64,000 nucleotides of DNA from the NCBI GenBank assembly GCA_964016885.1, contig OZ024749.1, positions 54,374,001 to 54,438,000 of the forward strand, given 5' to 3'. The position numbers and the translations under genes were made by a program. Of the stretch, positions 15,586 to 34,505 are shown piece after piece (the first letter of the stretch is position 1; each line of letters begins with the position of its first letter). Source of the DNA: Eledone cirrhosa (Eukaryota). The notes beneath the pieces were generated by a model. It worked only from the letters and a program-made list of their open reading frames with translations. It did not search any database and was not told where the DNA came from.

Positions 15586-16429
15586 GCGTGGGTGTGGCTA
15601 CCTCGTTACAACATATGTAATTATTATTCAGACACCTCCATACGTTATACCAATAGCGTGAGTACAAGTTATGTTCAACAAAAGCTGTGTAGGTGTATGA
15701 CTGTGTGATTAGCACAATCAGTAGTGAGTTAGTGTCTATATATATGTGTGTGCGTATATATTTGTATGTGTATATAAGTGTATATATGTGTATATTTGTA
15801 TATGTGTGTGTATGTTTATATATATATGTGTGTGTGTATGTATGTATGTGTATATATATATGTGTGTGTATATGAGTGTGTATATATATATATGTGTATA
15901 TGAGTGTGTATATGAGTGTTTTTGTGTGTGTATATGTGTGTGTATGTGAGTGTATGTGTGTTATGGTGCATGCGTGATTTCTGAAAAAAAAAAATTTTTT
16001 ATCGCTATCAGTTAATTTTGAATCACTTCATTTCCTGTGCAGACGAAAACCAGTTGTTATGGCAACGGAAATATGCTGTCTTTTGTAGTATTTTCTATTC
16101 AACTTTCCAATACAATGAACTTACCACTCAAACTGTCATCAGTCATGGTCTGTGACACATTAGTGGCTTTCACACTGTCCTACTTTGCACCTGTCTACTC
16201 GTTATGAAATCTGTATACACCATTTAGGCCTATATATAAATTCATCTTTTAAACATTTATATATATACTTCTACTCATTATATAAATATGTATATATATA
16301 CATATATATATATATTCCTTCTCAGTATTATATGAATACACATACATGTGTGTGTGTATATAATTAACTGTTGTACTGTTCCATTGATCTCGCACCTGTC
16401 TGTTTTACAAATGTTGCCAATGAGGTGAT

Positions 16430-16461
<32 letters not shown>

Positions 16462-16514
16462 TAATTGAATATAAAAGAGAGATAAACACAGATATATACA
16501 TATATGTGTTCAAA

Positions 16515-16570
<56 letters not shown>

Positions 16571-16658
16571 AAGTTATATTTAATTTGTTGGGGTACAACA
16601 AGCAAATATTTTTATAACTGATATAAAGCACTCAACAAATTTTGGGAGTAAAAATACA

Positions 16659-16782
16659 ATATATTAACAAATGGAAACTATATTTATAAAACCATATTTA
16701 TTTCATTATACATATTTCATATGTCCTTGAAATATGTATAATGAAATAAATATGGTTTTATAAATATAGTTTCCATTTGTTA

Positions 16783-16788
<6 letters not shown>
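16659..16788. repeat. Perfect inverted repeat, about 61-bp arms with an 8-nt loop
   Basis: atatattaacaaatggaaac...catatttca-tatgtcct-tgaaatatg...gtttccatttgttaatatat. Confidence 0.9.
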
Positions 16789-16813
<25 letters not shown>

Positions 16814-17008
16814 CACACACTTCGTTTATACAATTTGTTTTGCAACATTTTCTTATCTGAAAACTTGTGTTGAAACATATTGTTATACTTTGGGAGAATC
16901 ATGGTGCCAATAAAAGGAGCGTGTGTGTTTTTATTGACAGCATGACTTTCCTAAAAAAGAGAGAGAGAGAGAAAGAGAGAGTGTGTGCGTGTGCGTGTGC
17001 GTGTGCGT

Positions 17009-17052
<44 letters not shown>

Positions 17053-18074
17053 ATATATATATATATATATATTAGAAATGAGGTTTTTTTACAAAATGAA
17101 AAAAAAACGAGGTGTCCTACACGAGTGAAAGTATAAGGAAAAAAGATGAAATCGAAAATGCAACTGGAGTCTTTTTTTTTTTTTTTTTTTAAACATTTTT
17201 TTGGTTCCTTTACCGGTTTCGCAGTTCTTGTACTTTTCAAAAGTAGAGTTGAGATGGAGGGTTTGTAGTTTTTCTCATATATATATATATATATATATAT
17301 AAGGCCGCTAACCACTTTGGCTTTTGAATGACACATCCTGTGCGGCCCACTGTTCGAAAAAGGTTGCCCATGCTTGATTTAAAGAAATACAAACAGTTGG
17401 AAAGAGAGAACATCACACATCACTTTTTTTTTTTTTTTTTTTTTAGTTCAAAAGATGAAATCGTTTGATTTGAAACTGCAGATGTTCGTTAACCAAAGTA
17501 ATGTATTGTCTTTACTTTTCTATATTTTTAATCATTATTTATAGACAACACAAACTTGAATTTGGTTTCTAACTTGTTTTCTCTACATTAACTTTTATCA
17601 ATGAATTCACTGAACATTGTCTTCCATAATTATAATTAATTTATTCATTTAAGGACAACATAAAACAGCTATTCCTCGCCCCACCCCACCACACACCCGT
17701 GTGGATTTCCCTCAAGAACGACAGCAAATGAAAAATGACAACCTCAAACATATATTGAAAATTAGAAGAAAATGTAAGAACGCTGCTCCCTTGGGACAAA
17801 GAAACATGTTTTTATATATGACATTTACAACATGGATAACACGCAAATTTGAGAAACGTTACAGTTTTTCTCTATATCATATATTCTTTGGAGATGTGAG
17901 ATCAGAATTGATAGAACGAGGGACATTTTTCTTTTTTAACCATTCCATGCCCGCTATAGTCTACGGTTTCTTTGGACGAATTTTTGTAGCAATAAAAATT
18001 AGAACCCTTATAAGCCAAGCACATTATAGCCGTCGAAACGGCTTGAGCTCTGCCGTCGGGGTCATACATTTTCC

Positions 18075-18106
<32 letters not shown>

Positions 18107-18925
18107 CACAAGAGAGTGAGAGAGATAGTGGGCAGCTGACAGACAGAGAACAGTCGACCTAAGTACTTGACTGGTATTTTATCGTCAATGGAGTGATAAA
18201 AGTCGAAGTTGACCACGGCAGGATTTTAATTCAGCTGGGGGGGGGGGGAATACCTTGAGGGGTAGGTATGACATTTCTTTATGTTCTGAGTTCAAATCCC
18301 ACCAAAGGCAATTTAACCTTTTACTCTACCAATGTCGATAAAATAACTTCTTCGCCCAGTGGGTCCTGTCAGAAACAACCGTCGACAAACAAGATCAACC
18401 AAGCTGATAATAATTACCGAAAGGAAATAATTAAAAGAATAGAAATAACACCCAGATATACCTTAAATCACACACTATTATTTTGAAATAAGGAGACATC
18501 ATCGTCTCTTCTTCGTCCACTTATTCCTGAGAGGGTCGTGGCGGCAGAGTCCTCAAACACTCCTTCCAGCTGGTCCTATCAGAAGCAACCGTTTCCAACT
18601 GATTCGGAGTAAGAAGACATTCGTTCATATAATATTAGATATACAAATAAACGAGACAGTCACGACTGGAACGTCTTTGATCATAGATTTGCTTTATCAA
18701 TGAGTGGAATCAGTAAAAGAATAAAAGAATGCAAGGATATAAAACAGTCTCTTGGGAAAAAAACAGCTGATTTTGAAGACTAGGATATGATAATTAACGA
18801 AATGATTAAACTTCGGTTTGAAACATCAAAGGAAACTTTTGATGTGTGTTCATAATAAACGATTGTATATACATTCATATATACACACATAAATGTACAC
18901 ACACACATATGTCCCTGTGTGTGTG

Positions 18926-18958
<33 letters not shown>

Positions 18959-19081
18959 AAGACAGCCAGAGATGTTTGGTTAGAGGGTTCACTTCACAAC
19001 TATGGCACCTTGGACAAATATCGTCTGCTATTATAGACTCGAGACCAATACAATTTCTTTATTACAAATTGGGACACAGAA

Positions 19082-19171
19082 ATCGAACGACAGCCTGTTT
19101 AAATATATATATATATATTTAAACAGGCTGTCGTTCGATATATATATATATATATATAAACAGGCTGTCGT

Positions 19172-19176
<5 letters not shown>
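19082..19176. repeat. Palindrome around (TA)n with a duplicated right arm
   Basis: atcgaacgacagcctgtttaaa-(TA)n-tttaaacaggctgtcgttcgat, then aaacaggctgtcgttcgat again. Confidence 0.85.
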
Positions 19177-19205
<29 letters not shown>

Positions 19206-19399
19206 AGTAAATGTTGGTTGTATACCAACACCTTAGTATGCAGTAATAAACGAAGCCAAATTTTAAATATTTGACATTTATTTTAGTTTATTTTATATAT
19301 ATATAGTTCAAGAATAAACAAGACAAACATTGATGCTTGGGAATGAAGATAAATATATGTATGTCACGTGTGTGTGTGTGTGAGTGAGTGTGAGTGTGA

Positions 19400-19462
<63 letters not shown>

Positions 19463-20536
19463 TGTGTGTGTGTGAGTGTGTGAGAGTGAGTGTGGGAGTA
19501 TATATATATATATATATATATATACACCTGTAATATACATACATACAGTCTCAGCTTCAGTGTGCCACAAAGATAGGAGATAGTGACACAATATACTGTT
19601 GTGATATCCAACTGACAATTGATGAAGAATGTCTCCTAATTTAATGGAATTTAATAATCAAATGTTTTGTTTTTTTTAAGATATAGTTACTCTTTAGTGA
19701 TCAAAAGTATAATAGGACAACTTTTATCAGAGACCATGAGGTTCTGGCATAAAGCAATTTTCAATCTGATATTTTTCATATTGGCTTTCCAATTTTAACA
19801 TATGCTTGAATAAGAATTCTTTCTGGTATCACTTGCTCTACAGTAAAGTCTTCTGATTCGTTTTCGATGTGTTGAACTCCTGCAGTTCCTCAACAGGTTT
19901 TATTATATGTGGGGTTGGTTTAGTTACCGAGGTTATAGGAAAACATTTTCTATAATCTCGGTTGCTCCTAATTACTCACTAAATAAGAAATTGTTTGAAT
20001 ATATAGGCGAGCCAACAATTCTCAGAATGCTACCAAAATGTATATTTGTAATGGAGCAGTTTCACGTCGTTGTGTCCCGGACCCAATAGGTTTATTAACT
20101 TATCCAAATCTTCCAGTTTGACAAATGGCGTTCTTCTTTCATTGGCTCAAACTCCAAGAATGTATTGCAATCTTCTGACCATAGCTTTTTCCAAAGGCTT
20201 TTCACACAGTTCTCGGATAATTTACCCCAGGTTTATATCATCTATAGCCTTCGTGGAATGGTAACTTTGCAGAAGACCATAAGTAGTTTTACCTGGTGAT
20301 TTGATGTCGCAACTTGTTTTAACGATCCACAAGATCCCAGACCTAACGTTACACAGGATGTGTGTGTGTGGAGTGCTCTCTCCATCACTTCATATCTTGA
20401 TATCAACAGTTAAATTAAATTGTAACGCAACGATAAGACAACGAATTATCAAGCAAAGGAATATATATGTGTTTAATAACTACATATATTTGTTATAATG
20501 CATATGTATTTATATACATATATATATATATATATT

Positions 20537-20623
<87 letters not shown>

Positions 20624-20819
20624 TATCTAAAACAATAAATTAAGAAAAACAAACCTTAAACTCCTGGGGATGGAGAAGAGATAATATATAAAGAAAAACA
20701 TTTAAAAAACAATCAAAATAAATCCCCCACCCCGCCACGAAATATAACAAGATTGTAGTTTATCTTCATCGCCAACAGAGGGCGCCAATGAAAATGGGAG
20801 TGGGAGCCTAGAGTATATG

Positions 20820-21466
20820 AGAGCGGGCGGGGGGGGGGGAGAGAGGAAGAGAGGGAGAGGCGAAGAGAGGGAGAGTCGGAGAGAGAGAGACGAAGAGAGG
20901 GAGAGTCGGAGAGAGAGAGAGACGAAGAGAGGGAGAGTCGGAGAGAGAGAGAGACGAAGAGAGGGAGAGTCGGAGAGAGAGAGACGAAGAGAGGGAGAGT
21001 CGGAGAGAGGGAGAGTCGGAGAGAGAGAGGGAGAGTCGGAGAGGGAGAGACGAAGAGAGGGAGAGTCGGAGAGAGAGAGACGAAGAGAGGGAGAGTCGGA
21101 GAGAGAGAGACGAAGAGAGGGAGAGTCGGAGAGAGGGAGAGTCGGAGAGAGGGAGAGTCGGAGAGGGAGAGTCGGAGAGTGGGAGAGAGAGGGAGAGTCG
21201 AAGAGTGGGAGAGAGAGGGAGAGTCGAAGAGTGGGAGAGAGGGAGAGTCGGAGAGAGGGAGAGTCGGAGAGAGGGAGAGTCGGGGAGAGGGAGAGTCGGG
21301 GAGAGTCGGAGAGAGAGACGAAGAGTGGGAGAGAGAGAGAGAGTGGGAGAGAGAGAGAGAGTCGGAGAGAGAGACGAAGAGTGGGAGAGAGAGAGAGAGA
21401 GAGTCGGAGAGAGAGACGAAGAGTGGGGGAGAGAGAGAGACGAAGAATGGGAGAGAGAGAGAGTCG

Positions 21467-21500
<34 letters not shown>
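20820..21500. repeat. GA-rich minisatellite (gagagggagagtcg / gagacgaaga units)
   Basis: Seen directly; polypurine strand. Confidence 0.95.
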
Positions 21501-21501
<1 letters not shown>

Positions 21502-22355
21502 GTGTGGGGTAAATGCATTAGTGATGACACGTGACAATCGGCGTGTCGTCTGCGTTGATATTTACCTATGGGGGAACAGAATAACACATTAAAACCACTT
21601 TAGCGCAATTTTCTGTATAGACATCTTAAACATTAAATGCCATAAAGTGCATCGGGACATCAAACGACCACTTGATGTAACAGAAATCAACGAGTCGGAA
21701 ATCAAAATTCCCATACATACACACATACACCCATATATACATACATACACGCATATATACATACATATACACACACACTCTTTACTTTCCTCTCTCTCTT
21801 TTTCAAAACATATATATATAAATGTGTGTGTGTGTGTGTGTGTGTGTATGTATATATATATACATATCTATGTGCATATATATATGCCTGTGTAAGTATT
21901 TATCTGTATATATATATGTGTGTGTGTATGTGTGAGTATGTATATATATCTGTGTGTCTGTGTGTGTCTGTATGTGTGTGAGACTGTGCCCATATGTCGT
22001 TTGGTTTTTACATTGATTCAATAAAAAGTATGTTTTTTCAATGTTTTAGATCAGTTTCTCTTTATATATATTTTATACAATATATTATATATATTGTATT
22101 ATATTTTATACAATATCTTATATATATTGTATTATATTTTATACAATATCTTATATATATTTTATATATACTTATTCTATTGTATTCGTTGTATTGACAT
22201 TTTGTTTTCTTCTTTGTCTCCTTTTGTTTTGTTTTTTATTTATTATTGAGGAAAGATTTCGGTAGAAACCTGAGGGAGGGGTGTTTGTGAAATTATTTTT
22301 TGTTTAGATATGTATCTATGCATGTATTTAGGCATTTATATATTTACGCACACAC

Positions 22356-22413
<58 letters not shown>

Positions 22414-22689
22414 CACTTGTATAAATATTTATATTCGCCAGACGATAAATGACTGACTCGGCACATGTATAAATATATGCAGATATACAAAGATATTTAG
22501 ATATTCACATATTTTTTCATATATAAATAATTGTCAATGTGTGTATGTGTGTGTGTGTATATATATATATATTTGTACATAGATATGTATATAATATTTT
22601 TTCATATATTTGCACACACATACATACATATATTTATTCATATACACACGTATATTTATGCATATGCATGCATGTATGTATGTATATAT

Positions 22690-26398
<3,709 letters not shown>

Positions 26399-26722
26399 GC
26401 ATGTATGTATATGTATATATGTATGTATTTATGTATACATGTATGTATGTATTTATGTATATATGTATGTATGTATATAAGTAGAGACAAACAATGAGGA
26501 ATGTAGGTTTCTATGTCTGTGAAAGTATAATAGCCTGTCACCAAAGACTGCGATAGTCACTGTTGTACTCAAATACACGAATCAGCCGTTCCTTGCACTT
26601 GAATGTTTCAAACGGAATCACTTCTACACACAATTGAACTGATGCTATACAACTCCTTAATGTCTGTCTATTCCCTTTCAATCTTGGCAAATATTTTTAC
26701 AGTCAAGTGAATATATACATTT

Positions 26723-26771
<49 letters not shown>

Positions 26772-26841
26772 CATGTGAGTGCATATATATGATTTATTTC
26801 AATGTATATATATGTTGTGATTACATATATAAATATATGTG

Positions 26842-26916
<75 letters not shown>

Positions 26917-27969
26917 ACATGTGTGTTTGTGTGTGTGTGTGTGCGTGTGTATTTGGGTGCTTTTGTTCAGAAATAGAACAAAAAACAAATGTATGCCGAG
27001 TCAAAAATTGAGCTCCGCCATGACTTGGCATATGAGAGTGTTGGCTGTCATGGGAAACACAGGGTTAGTCATGATTTTATTGTGGTTAGTGTACAAGTCT
27101 TACCTTGCCAAACTATGTTGAACTCTTTATTTGGAACATTAAGATGCGTGACTGGGATAAGTGGGTTCTCATTTTAGGGTTAGCCTAGTATGTTAAATAC
27201 TCAGGCTAAAAAAAAGAAGTTTAAAGTTTGTCTCGAACCCAGAGTTTATCCCAGCTTCTGTGGCATGTTAATTGACTCAGGGTACAAGACCTCCCCTTGG
27301 ATAGGACGCCAGTCAATTGCAGGATGAAACTCCAGCTGAGTATACTGGAGCAACACTCAAGAACCCAACACACGACCCAGTCCATTAATCGAACCTACCA
27401 CATTATGATCATAAGTTCAACACACTTACCACTGGAACAACGTGGGTTGTGATGGCCACTTTGCATACATGTACACCCCCCGCCCCCTCTTATTACTCTG
27501 TGTGTGTGGCCGTTTCTAACTATGCAAATTTAATTAAGATTAATTAGATAAATATGACAGTCGAGTACCATATATATATATATATACATACACACACACT
27601 ACGATATGTTCCACAACTAACATAAATATAGTCATTCAGCTACAAGTGAAAAATAAGGTACATAACTTATTACTATGAGCTGAAATAAGATGGAAATTAT
27701 TTCCCTTGAAATTCGTATCTTTTTTTTTTCTTCGAATACTACGTCATTTGCTGCTACTGCTCATGATGATGATGTTGCTGGTGATGATAATAATGTTGTT
27801 ACTGGTGATGATGATGATGATGATGGCAATGACAGATGATGATGGTGGTGGTGAGGTGGAAAGATAAAAATCAACTTTGACCTCGGCAAGATTTGAACTC
27901 GAATCTTAAGAATACGGAGCAAATACTGCTCAGTAATTTCCTATAAAGTCTGTCTCGAGGCCTGTGTTT

Positions 27970-28212
27970 CATCGGGAAGGTGGTTTTCCCGGTTTTCGTA
28001 GCAACTGGGAGTACATGACCCCCGCCCCTGGACAGGACGCCAGTCCTTTCTATGGTTAAATCCCCAGCTATTGCTGCTGGTATTCATGTTCAGTGGAGTA
28101 TCCTGGAACAACGTGAAATAAAGTTTTTTGCTCAAAAATACAACACACAACCCTCTCCAGGAATCGAACCCACGACATTATGATCGTAGGTCCAACACCT
28201 TTACCACTAGGT
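27970..28212 (-). mobile_element. tRNA-derived SINE family B (V-SINE-like)
   Basis: ggaatcgaacccacgac...ccaacacctttaccact (reverse-complement B and A boxes) preceded by caacgtgaaataaag...ttgctcaa. Related copies at about 27240-27440 and 58680-58815. Confidence 0.65.
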
Positions 28213-28724
28213 AATTTTCCAACACTTTAATGATTCCGCCAATCCAGTTCCATGCTTGTTCCCAGAATTATTGATGCACTTGGTTATGTAGCCAAATATC
28301 TAAATAAGAATCTTGAAATACGCCTTTTAGCTTATAAATGGAACTGGGAAAATACAGGAGAATTCTCTAAACTCCAACGTGTATCATTTTATTTTGTTAT
28401 CGATCTTCATACAACAAAGCTTTTAATTTGTTAGAATTCAACCTCTTACTATCAGGAACTTTTCAAAATTCGGATAAATGTTAACAAGGGAAATTACTCT
28501 TTAAAAATATTTTGAATTATCTTTCTTGATTTTAGGATTGGTTATCTCTATTTTAATCATTTCTGTTATCACACACATACATAATTTCATTGCTAATTAC
28601 CGATATAAAAATATGAAGTTGTGGCATTCCTACATTTTTCTACCAGAATATATCTGATACCATAAAAATCAATTGCCTTTATGTTATAATGGAATCCAAA
28701 TCTCTAATGTGGCTTATCTTTAAT

Positions 28725-28875
28725 AGGCGGTCAGAGATGTTAGAAGGTCAGATAGAATAGTTTGTGCTATTCGTTCCCGACTCTGTTCTCTGAGTTCAAA
28801 TCCTGCCGAGGTCAACTTTGCCTTTCATCCTTTTGAGATCGAAAAAATGTACCAGTCTAAGACTGGGGGTCGATT
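28725..28875 (+). mobile_element. SINE family A variant
   Basis: taggcggtcagag...gagttcaaatcctgccgaggtcaactttgcctttcatcc; B box present. Confidence 0.7.
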
Positions 28876-29159
28876 CTGCTTCTACATCTCATTCTCACTT
28901 CCCTCTACCACTCTCCTTGTGTGTTCAGACCCGGAGAATGTATGGGTTCCGTCAGGCTTCTAAATGTGCCAGAAATACCGTATGTCAATACGGCGCCCCT
29001 ACAACACTATCAGGCAGGCGTTTCTAGGGCTTTTTTATTTTCCTTTTTACTATTTTAAACCTGGTAGAACCCATCTCTCCAGGTGTGAAAACAGCATATT
29101 TCTTCCAGAGAAGGGGAGAGAGGAAGAGAATGGATGTGAAAAAGAGATATAGGGGAAGA

Positions 29160-29319
29160 GTCGACACCAGTATTAGACTGGCACTTTTTTATTGACTTTG
29201 AATGAATGAAAGGCAAAGTTAACCTCGACGAGATTTGAACTCGGAGAGCTGAGAGTCGGAACGAATGCTGCGAAGCATTCTATCTGACGTTCTAATGACT
29301 CCGTCACTTCGCCGCCTAT
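29160..29319 (-). mobile_element. SINE family A variant
   Basis: Reverse complement begins ggcggcgaagtgacggag...gagttcaaatctcg. The same head occurs alone at 33582-33635. Confidence 0.7.
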
Positions 29320-29519
29320 AAACATAGTGCAGTATATTCAAAACCACCATAGTATGTAGACCTGACTTTATTGATTATTTTATTACTGTAGGTATCAGAT
29401 GGGGATTAAGATATCTTTCAAAACGTTTATGTAAACGAATGACAATTAAAACCATTTATATACTTCTTACATTGGACACGAATCGATGTTTTATTCCATA
29501 GAGAGAGAGAAGAGTTGAG

Positions 29520-29795
29520 AGAGCGAGTAGACAGATAGACAGACAGGGAGAGACGGTGTCAGTGACAGACAGGGAGAGAGACAGACAGACAGACAGATCG
29601 GGGAAACGCAGACAGACAGACAGACAGAGACGGGGAGACGGAGACAGACAGACAGATCGGGGAGACGGAGACAGACAGACAGACAGATCGGGGAGACGGA
29701 GACAAACAGATAGAATCAGTGACAGAGACGGGGAGAGAGACAGGGAGAAGGACAGAGATAGTGACACACACAGAGACAGACAGACAGAGACACGG
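29520..29795. repeat. GACA/GAGA compound repeat
   Basis: Seen directly. Confidence 0.9.
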
Positions 29796-29824
29796 GTGGA
29801 ATAGGAAGATCTATGATCAAATAC

Positions 29825-29872
<48 letters not shown>

Positions 29873-29879
29873 ATATATT

Positions 29880-31750
29880 AAACAAAAAAACACAAAATCA
29901 CTGGCTCTACTGTTGGCCCTCTAATTGATGAAAATGGCACTCTTCAAGACAATGCTAAAACCATGGGTGAGATACTGCAGAAACAATACTGCTCTGTTTT
30001 CAGCAATCCTGATATGGCCGATCTGGGCTGTATCGGCGATGTTACTCCCCATTACACCTTATCGGACATAACGTTTGGCGCCCCTGATGTCTTGGCGGCA
30101 ATAAAGGAAATCAAGCATAATTCAGCAGTAGGTCCCGATAGGTTCCCTGCTTGTGTCTTGAAGGCGTGTCAACACCAACTTGCTTCTCCTCTTGCCAATC
30201 TGTGGCGGAACTCACTGGATGCTGGATATGTGCCAGAAAACCTTCTATCCCAGTCTGTTGTCCCAGTTTTCAAAAAGGGAAACAAATCCCTTGCCGTGAA
30301 TTACCGTCCAATCTCACTCACCTCTCATATCATTAAGGTATTTGAGCGAGTGGTGAGATCGCGAATGACCCACTTCCTTGAGAGTAACAATATGCTGAAC
30401 TCCAACCAGCATGGATTCCGTAATGGAAGGGATTGCCTGACGCAACTACTGCATCACTTTGATGACATTTTGAGAGCCTTGGGAGAGGGTTCCAACACTG
30501 ATGTTATCTACCTTGATTTCAGCAAGGCCTTTGACAGGGTTGATCATAACATTCTACTGAGAAAGCTGTCCAATATTGGTGTCACTGGAAAGCTGCTGCA
30601 GTGGATCAAGAGCTTCCTGTCAAACAGAACCCAACATGTTGTAGTTGAGGGAGTCAAATCAAGCCCAGCCAAAGTCAGTAGTGGAGTCCCACAAGGCACT
30701 GTGTTGGGCTCACTTCTCTTCATCATCTATATTAATGACATCACTGACATCATCAAACACAGCAACATTAAAATTTTCGCTGATGATTCCAAGCTCCAAA
30801 AGGTCATCAATGGCGTGGATGACCGGATAAGCCTTCAGTCAGACCTACTGGCTGTTACCCAATGGGCAGAAAAGAACAACATGTTACTGAACGAAGACAA
30901 ATTCGAACTGATCCACTTTGGAAAAGAGGATGCTCTGAAACTCCCGTACTCCCTTCCCTCCGGGGAAACTCTCGTGGCATCTAACAACATCAGAGACTTG
31001 GGAGTAACCGTGGACAGCAACATAAGCTGGACCACGCATATAAGCAGCAAAGTTTACATGGCCCGCAGAATGTGTTCCTGGATCCTCAGAACCTTCCAGT
31101 CGAGAGATTCCCGCACCATTATCCTTCTCTTCTCTACTTTCGCCCGACCACACCTTGAATACTGTTGTCCACTGTGGTCTCCCCACACGAAACAAAGTAT
31201 CATGAAACTTGAAGCTCCTCAAAGGGCAATCACGAAAAAGATAGATGGCATGTCAGACCTTGACTACTGGGGTCGATTAGAAAACCTGAAACTTTACTCA
31301 CTCCAACGTCGCCGTGAGCGTTATATTATCTGCATGATGTGGAAAATGTTCCATCATCACTGCCCAAATGATGTTGGCATCGCCTTCAAGATACACCCAA
31401 GGCTTGGGCCCCGTGCTATCCGTCCCATTCAAAAATCTAAATCGCAACTCATAACAACAATACGGCACAATTATTTCACCTCAATCGGCCCTGCTCTCTT
31501 CAACATCACACCAGGACACGTCAAAACAGAAACTGACCACACAAAATTCAAGAAGTCTTTGGACAAATTCCTCCAAGTAATCCCGGACAAACCACCCACA
31601 CCCGGATATGTCTCCGCAAACAGTAATTCTCTTCTCGAATGGGCCATGGTGCCCAAATCCTGAATTGAAAGACTTCGCCAGGTGGTGCTATTAAGTTAGA
31701 CATGGCCTGGGCCAATACTGGCCAAAACATTTCAAAGTTATTCAAAGTTA
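29880..31750 (+). mobile_element. 5'-truncated CR1-group (CR1/L2 clade) LINE inserted in (TA)n
   Basis: Frame is open from about 29882 (TKKHKITGSTVGPLIDENG...). Short 3'UTR ends in tandem ttcaaagtta x2. TA/CA microsatellite on both sides. Confidence 0.9.
29963..31663 (+). CDS. LINE ORF2 reverse transcriptase (truncated, endonuclease domain absent)
   Basis: RT motifs [53 protein letters not shown] and [10 protein letters not shown] with no stops or frameshifts. Confidence 0.92.
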   Translation: MGEILQKQYCSVFSNPDMADLGCIGDVTPHYTLSDITFGAPDVLAAIKEIKHNSAVGPDRFPACVLKACQHQLASPLANLWRNSLDAGYVPENLLSQSVVPVFKKGNKSLAVNYRPISLTSHIIKVFERVVRSRMTHFLESNNMLNSNQHGFRNGRDCLTQLLHHFDDILRALGEGSNTDVIYLDFSKAFDRVDHNILLRKLSNIGVTGKLLQWIKSFLSNRTQHVVVEGVKSSPAKVSSGVPQGTVLGSLLFIIYINDITDIIKHSNIKIFADDSKLQKVINGVDDRISLQSDLLAVTQWAEKNNMLLNEDKFELIHFGKEDALKLPYSLPSGETLVASNNIRDLGVTVDSNISWTTHISSKVYMARRMCSWILRTFQSRDSRTIILLFSTFARPHLEYCCPLWSPHTKQSIMKLEAPQRAITKKIDGMSDLDYWGRLENLKLYSLQRRRERYIICMMWKMFHHHCPNDVGIAFKIHPRLGPRAIRPIQKSKSQLITTIRHNYFTSIGPALFNITPGHVKTETDHTKFKKSLDKFLQVIPDKPPTPGYVSANSNSLLEWAMVPKS

Positions 31751-32253
31751 CATACATATACATATACATACATATACATATACATATATATATATACATA
31801 TATATATATACATACATATACATATATACATACATATACATATATATATATACATACATATACATATATATATATACATACATATACATATATATATATA
31901 CATACATATACATATATATATATACATACATACATATACATATATATATATACATACATATACATATATATATATACATACATATACATATATACATATA
32001 TATATACATATATATATACATATATATACATATATATATATACATACATATACATATATACATATATATATACATATATATATATACATACATATACATA
32101 TATACATATACATATATATATATATATATATACATATATATACATATATATATACATATATATATACATATATATACATATATATATATACATACATATA
32201 CATATATACATATATATATACATATATATATATACATACATATACATATATAC

Positions 32254-32285
<32 letters not shown>

Positions 32286-32347
32286 ATACATATACACATA
32301 TATATATACATATATATATATACATACATATACATATATACATATAC

Positions 32348-32402
<55 letters not shown>

Positions 32403-32413
32403 CATATATATAT

Positions 32414-32458
<45 letters not shown>

Positions 32459-32838
32459 CATATATATATATACATATATATATATACATATATATATATA
32501 CATATATATATATACATATATACATATACATATATATATATACATATATACATATACATATATATATATACATATACATATATACATATATACATATATA
32601 CATATATACATATATATATATACATATATACATATATACATATATATACATATATATATATACATATATATATATACATATATATATATACATATATACA
32701 TATATATATATATATACATATATATATACATATATATATATACATATATATATACATATATATATACATATATATATATACATATATACATATATATATA
32801 TACAATACATATATATATATACATATACATATATACAT

Positions 32839-32871
<33 letters not shown>

Positions 32872-33428
32872 TATATATATACATATATATATACATATAT
32901 ATATATACATATATACATATATATATATACATATATACATATATATATATACATATATACATATATATATATACATACATATACATATATACATATACAT
33001 ATATATATATACATATACATATATATATACATATATATATATACATATATATATACATATATATATATACATATATATATATACATATATATATATACAT
33101 ATATATATATACATATATATATATACATATATATATATACATATATATATATACATATATATATATACATATATATATATACATATATATATATACATAT
33201 ATATATATACATATATATATATATACATATACATATATATATATACATATACATATATATACATATACATATATATACATATACATATATATATATACAT
33301 ATATACATATACATATATATATATACATATATATACATATATATACATATATATACATACATATATATATATACATATACATATATACATATACATATAC
33401 ATATATATATATACATATATATATATAC

Positions 33429-33465
<37 letters not shown>

Positions 33466-33566
33466 CATATATATACATACATATACATATATACATATAC
33501 ATATATACATATACATATATACATATATATATATATACATACATATATATATATACATATATATAT
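31751..33566. repeat. TA/TACA microsatellite (about 1.8 kb) directly after the LINE tail
   Basis: Seen directly. Confidence 0.97.
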
Positions 33567-33631
33567 GTTTATATATGTTTATAGGCGGCGAAGTGACGGA
33601 GTTATGAGAACGTCAGATAGAATGCTTTGCA

Positions 33632-33718
<87 letters not shown>

Positions 33719-34333
33719 ATTTCAGCTTAAATATATTTCTATATATCTATATGACAAAACTAAATTGCTAAAACTGGCTTTTAGTCACCAATTACAAACC
33801 TGTCGTCTGCCTGCTAAAGAAAGACGAAGAGAAGAACGCTTACAAAATGTAATTGAAATTGTTCAACCAGGCTCAAATAATCAAAAATCTCACAATATGA
33901 TCCTTGAAACCCATGTAATCTCCAAAATCGAAAAAATATTTTAATGATTACTAACGGCCATATTTAGAATCTATTCCTAATGCAAGCAGACGGTCGCGGA
34001 GCGCGCGTGCGTGAGCGTGTGTTTTCGGTCGTGGAACGCTATTTGCATCGATTCGTATTTAAATGTACATTCTGATAAAACGATCTATAAGCACGGACGA
34101 TTCAAATTGAAATTAGTCAACCAAATATAGACCACCATAAAAACACATACATAGACATATATACATACATATAAACACTCACGTACATACAGACGTGTGG
34201 GGGGGGTGCATGTGTGTGTGTGCGTGTGTGTAAATGTGTTATATAGACCATATATACATACACATAGCTTCACTTACTCCAACACACACCCACACCAACA
34301 GGATAACTTGTCGAATTTTAACCCAAGATTAAT

Positions 34334-34465
34334 CGCGACTAAACTGGCAACCCTGCCAAGCTTACTTGGTGAATAGGGGGGGATTTGGGACAGCCTGCGA
34401 GACGAAGAACAAAACCCGTCAAAGGACAGATGAAGTCAGGACAGTCAACGGTCATCCAATAGTGC

Positions 34466-34468
<3 letters not shown>
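34334..34468 (+). mobile_element. Diverged fragment of an RTE 5'UTR-like segment
   Basis: gcgactaaactggcaaccctgccaag...aaaacccgtcaaagg...gtcaacggtcatccaa aligns by eye to the minus strand of 14050-14175. Confidence 0.6.

Positions 34469-34502
<34 letters not shown>

Positions 34503-34505
<3 letters not shown>

Noticed and set aside
20713-21592. Arg/Glu-rich or Ser/Leu/Pro-rich ORFs
   Set aside because: GA-rich minisatellite artefact.
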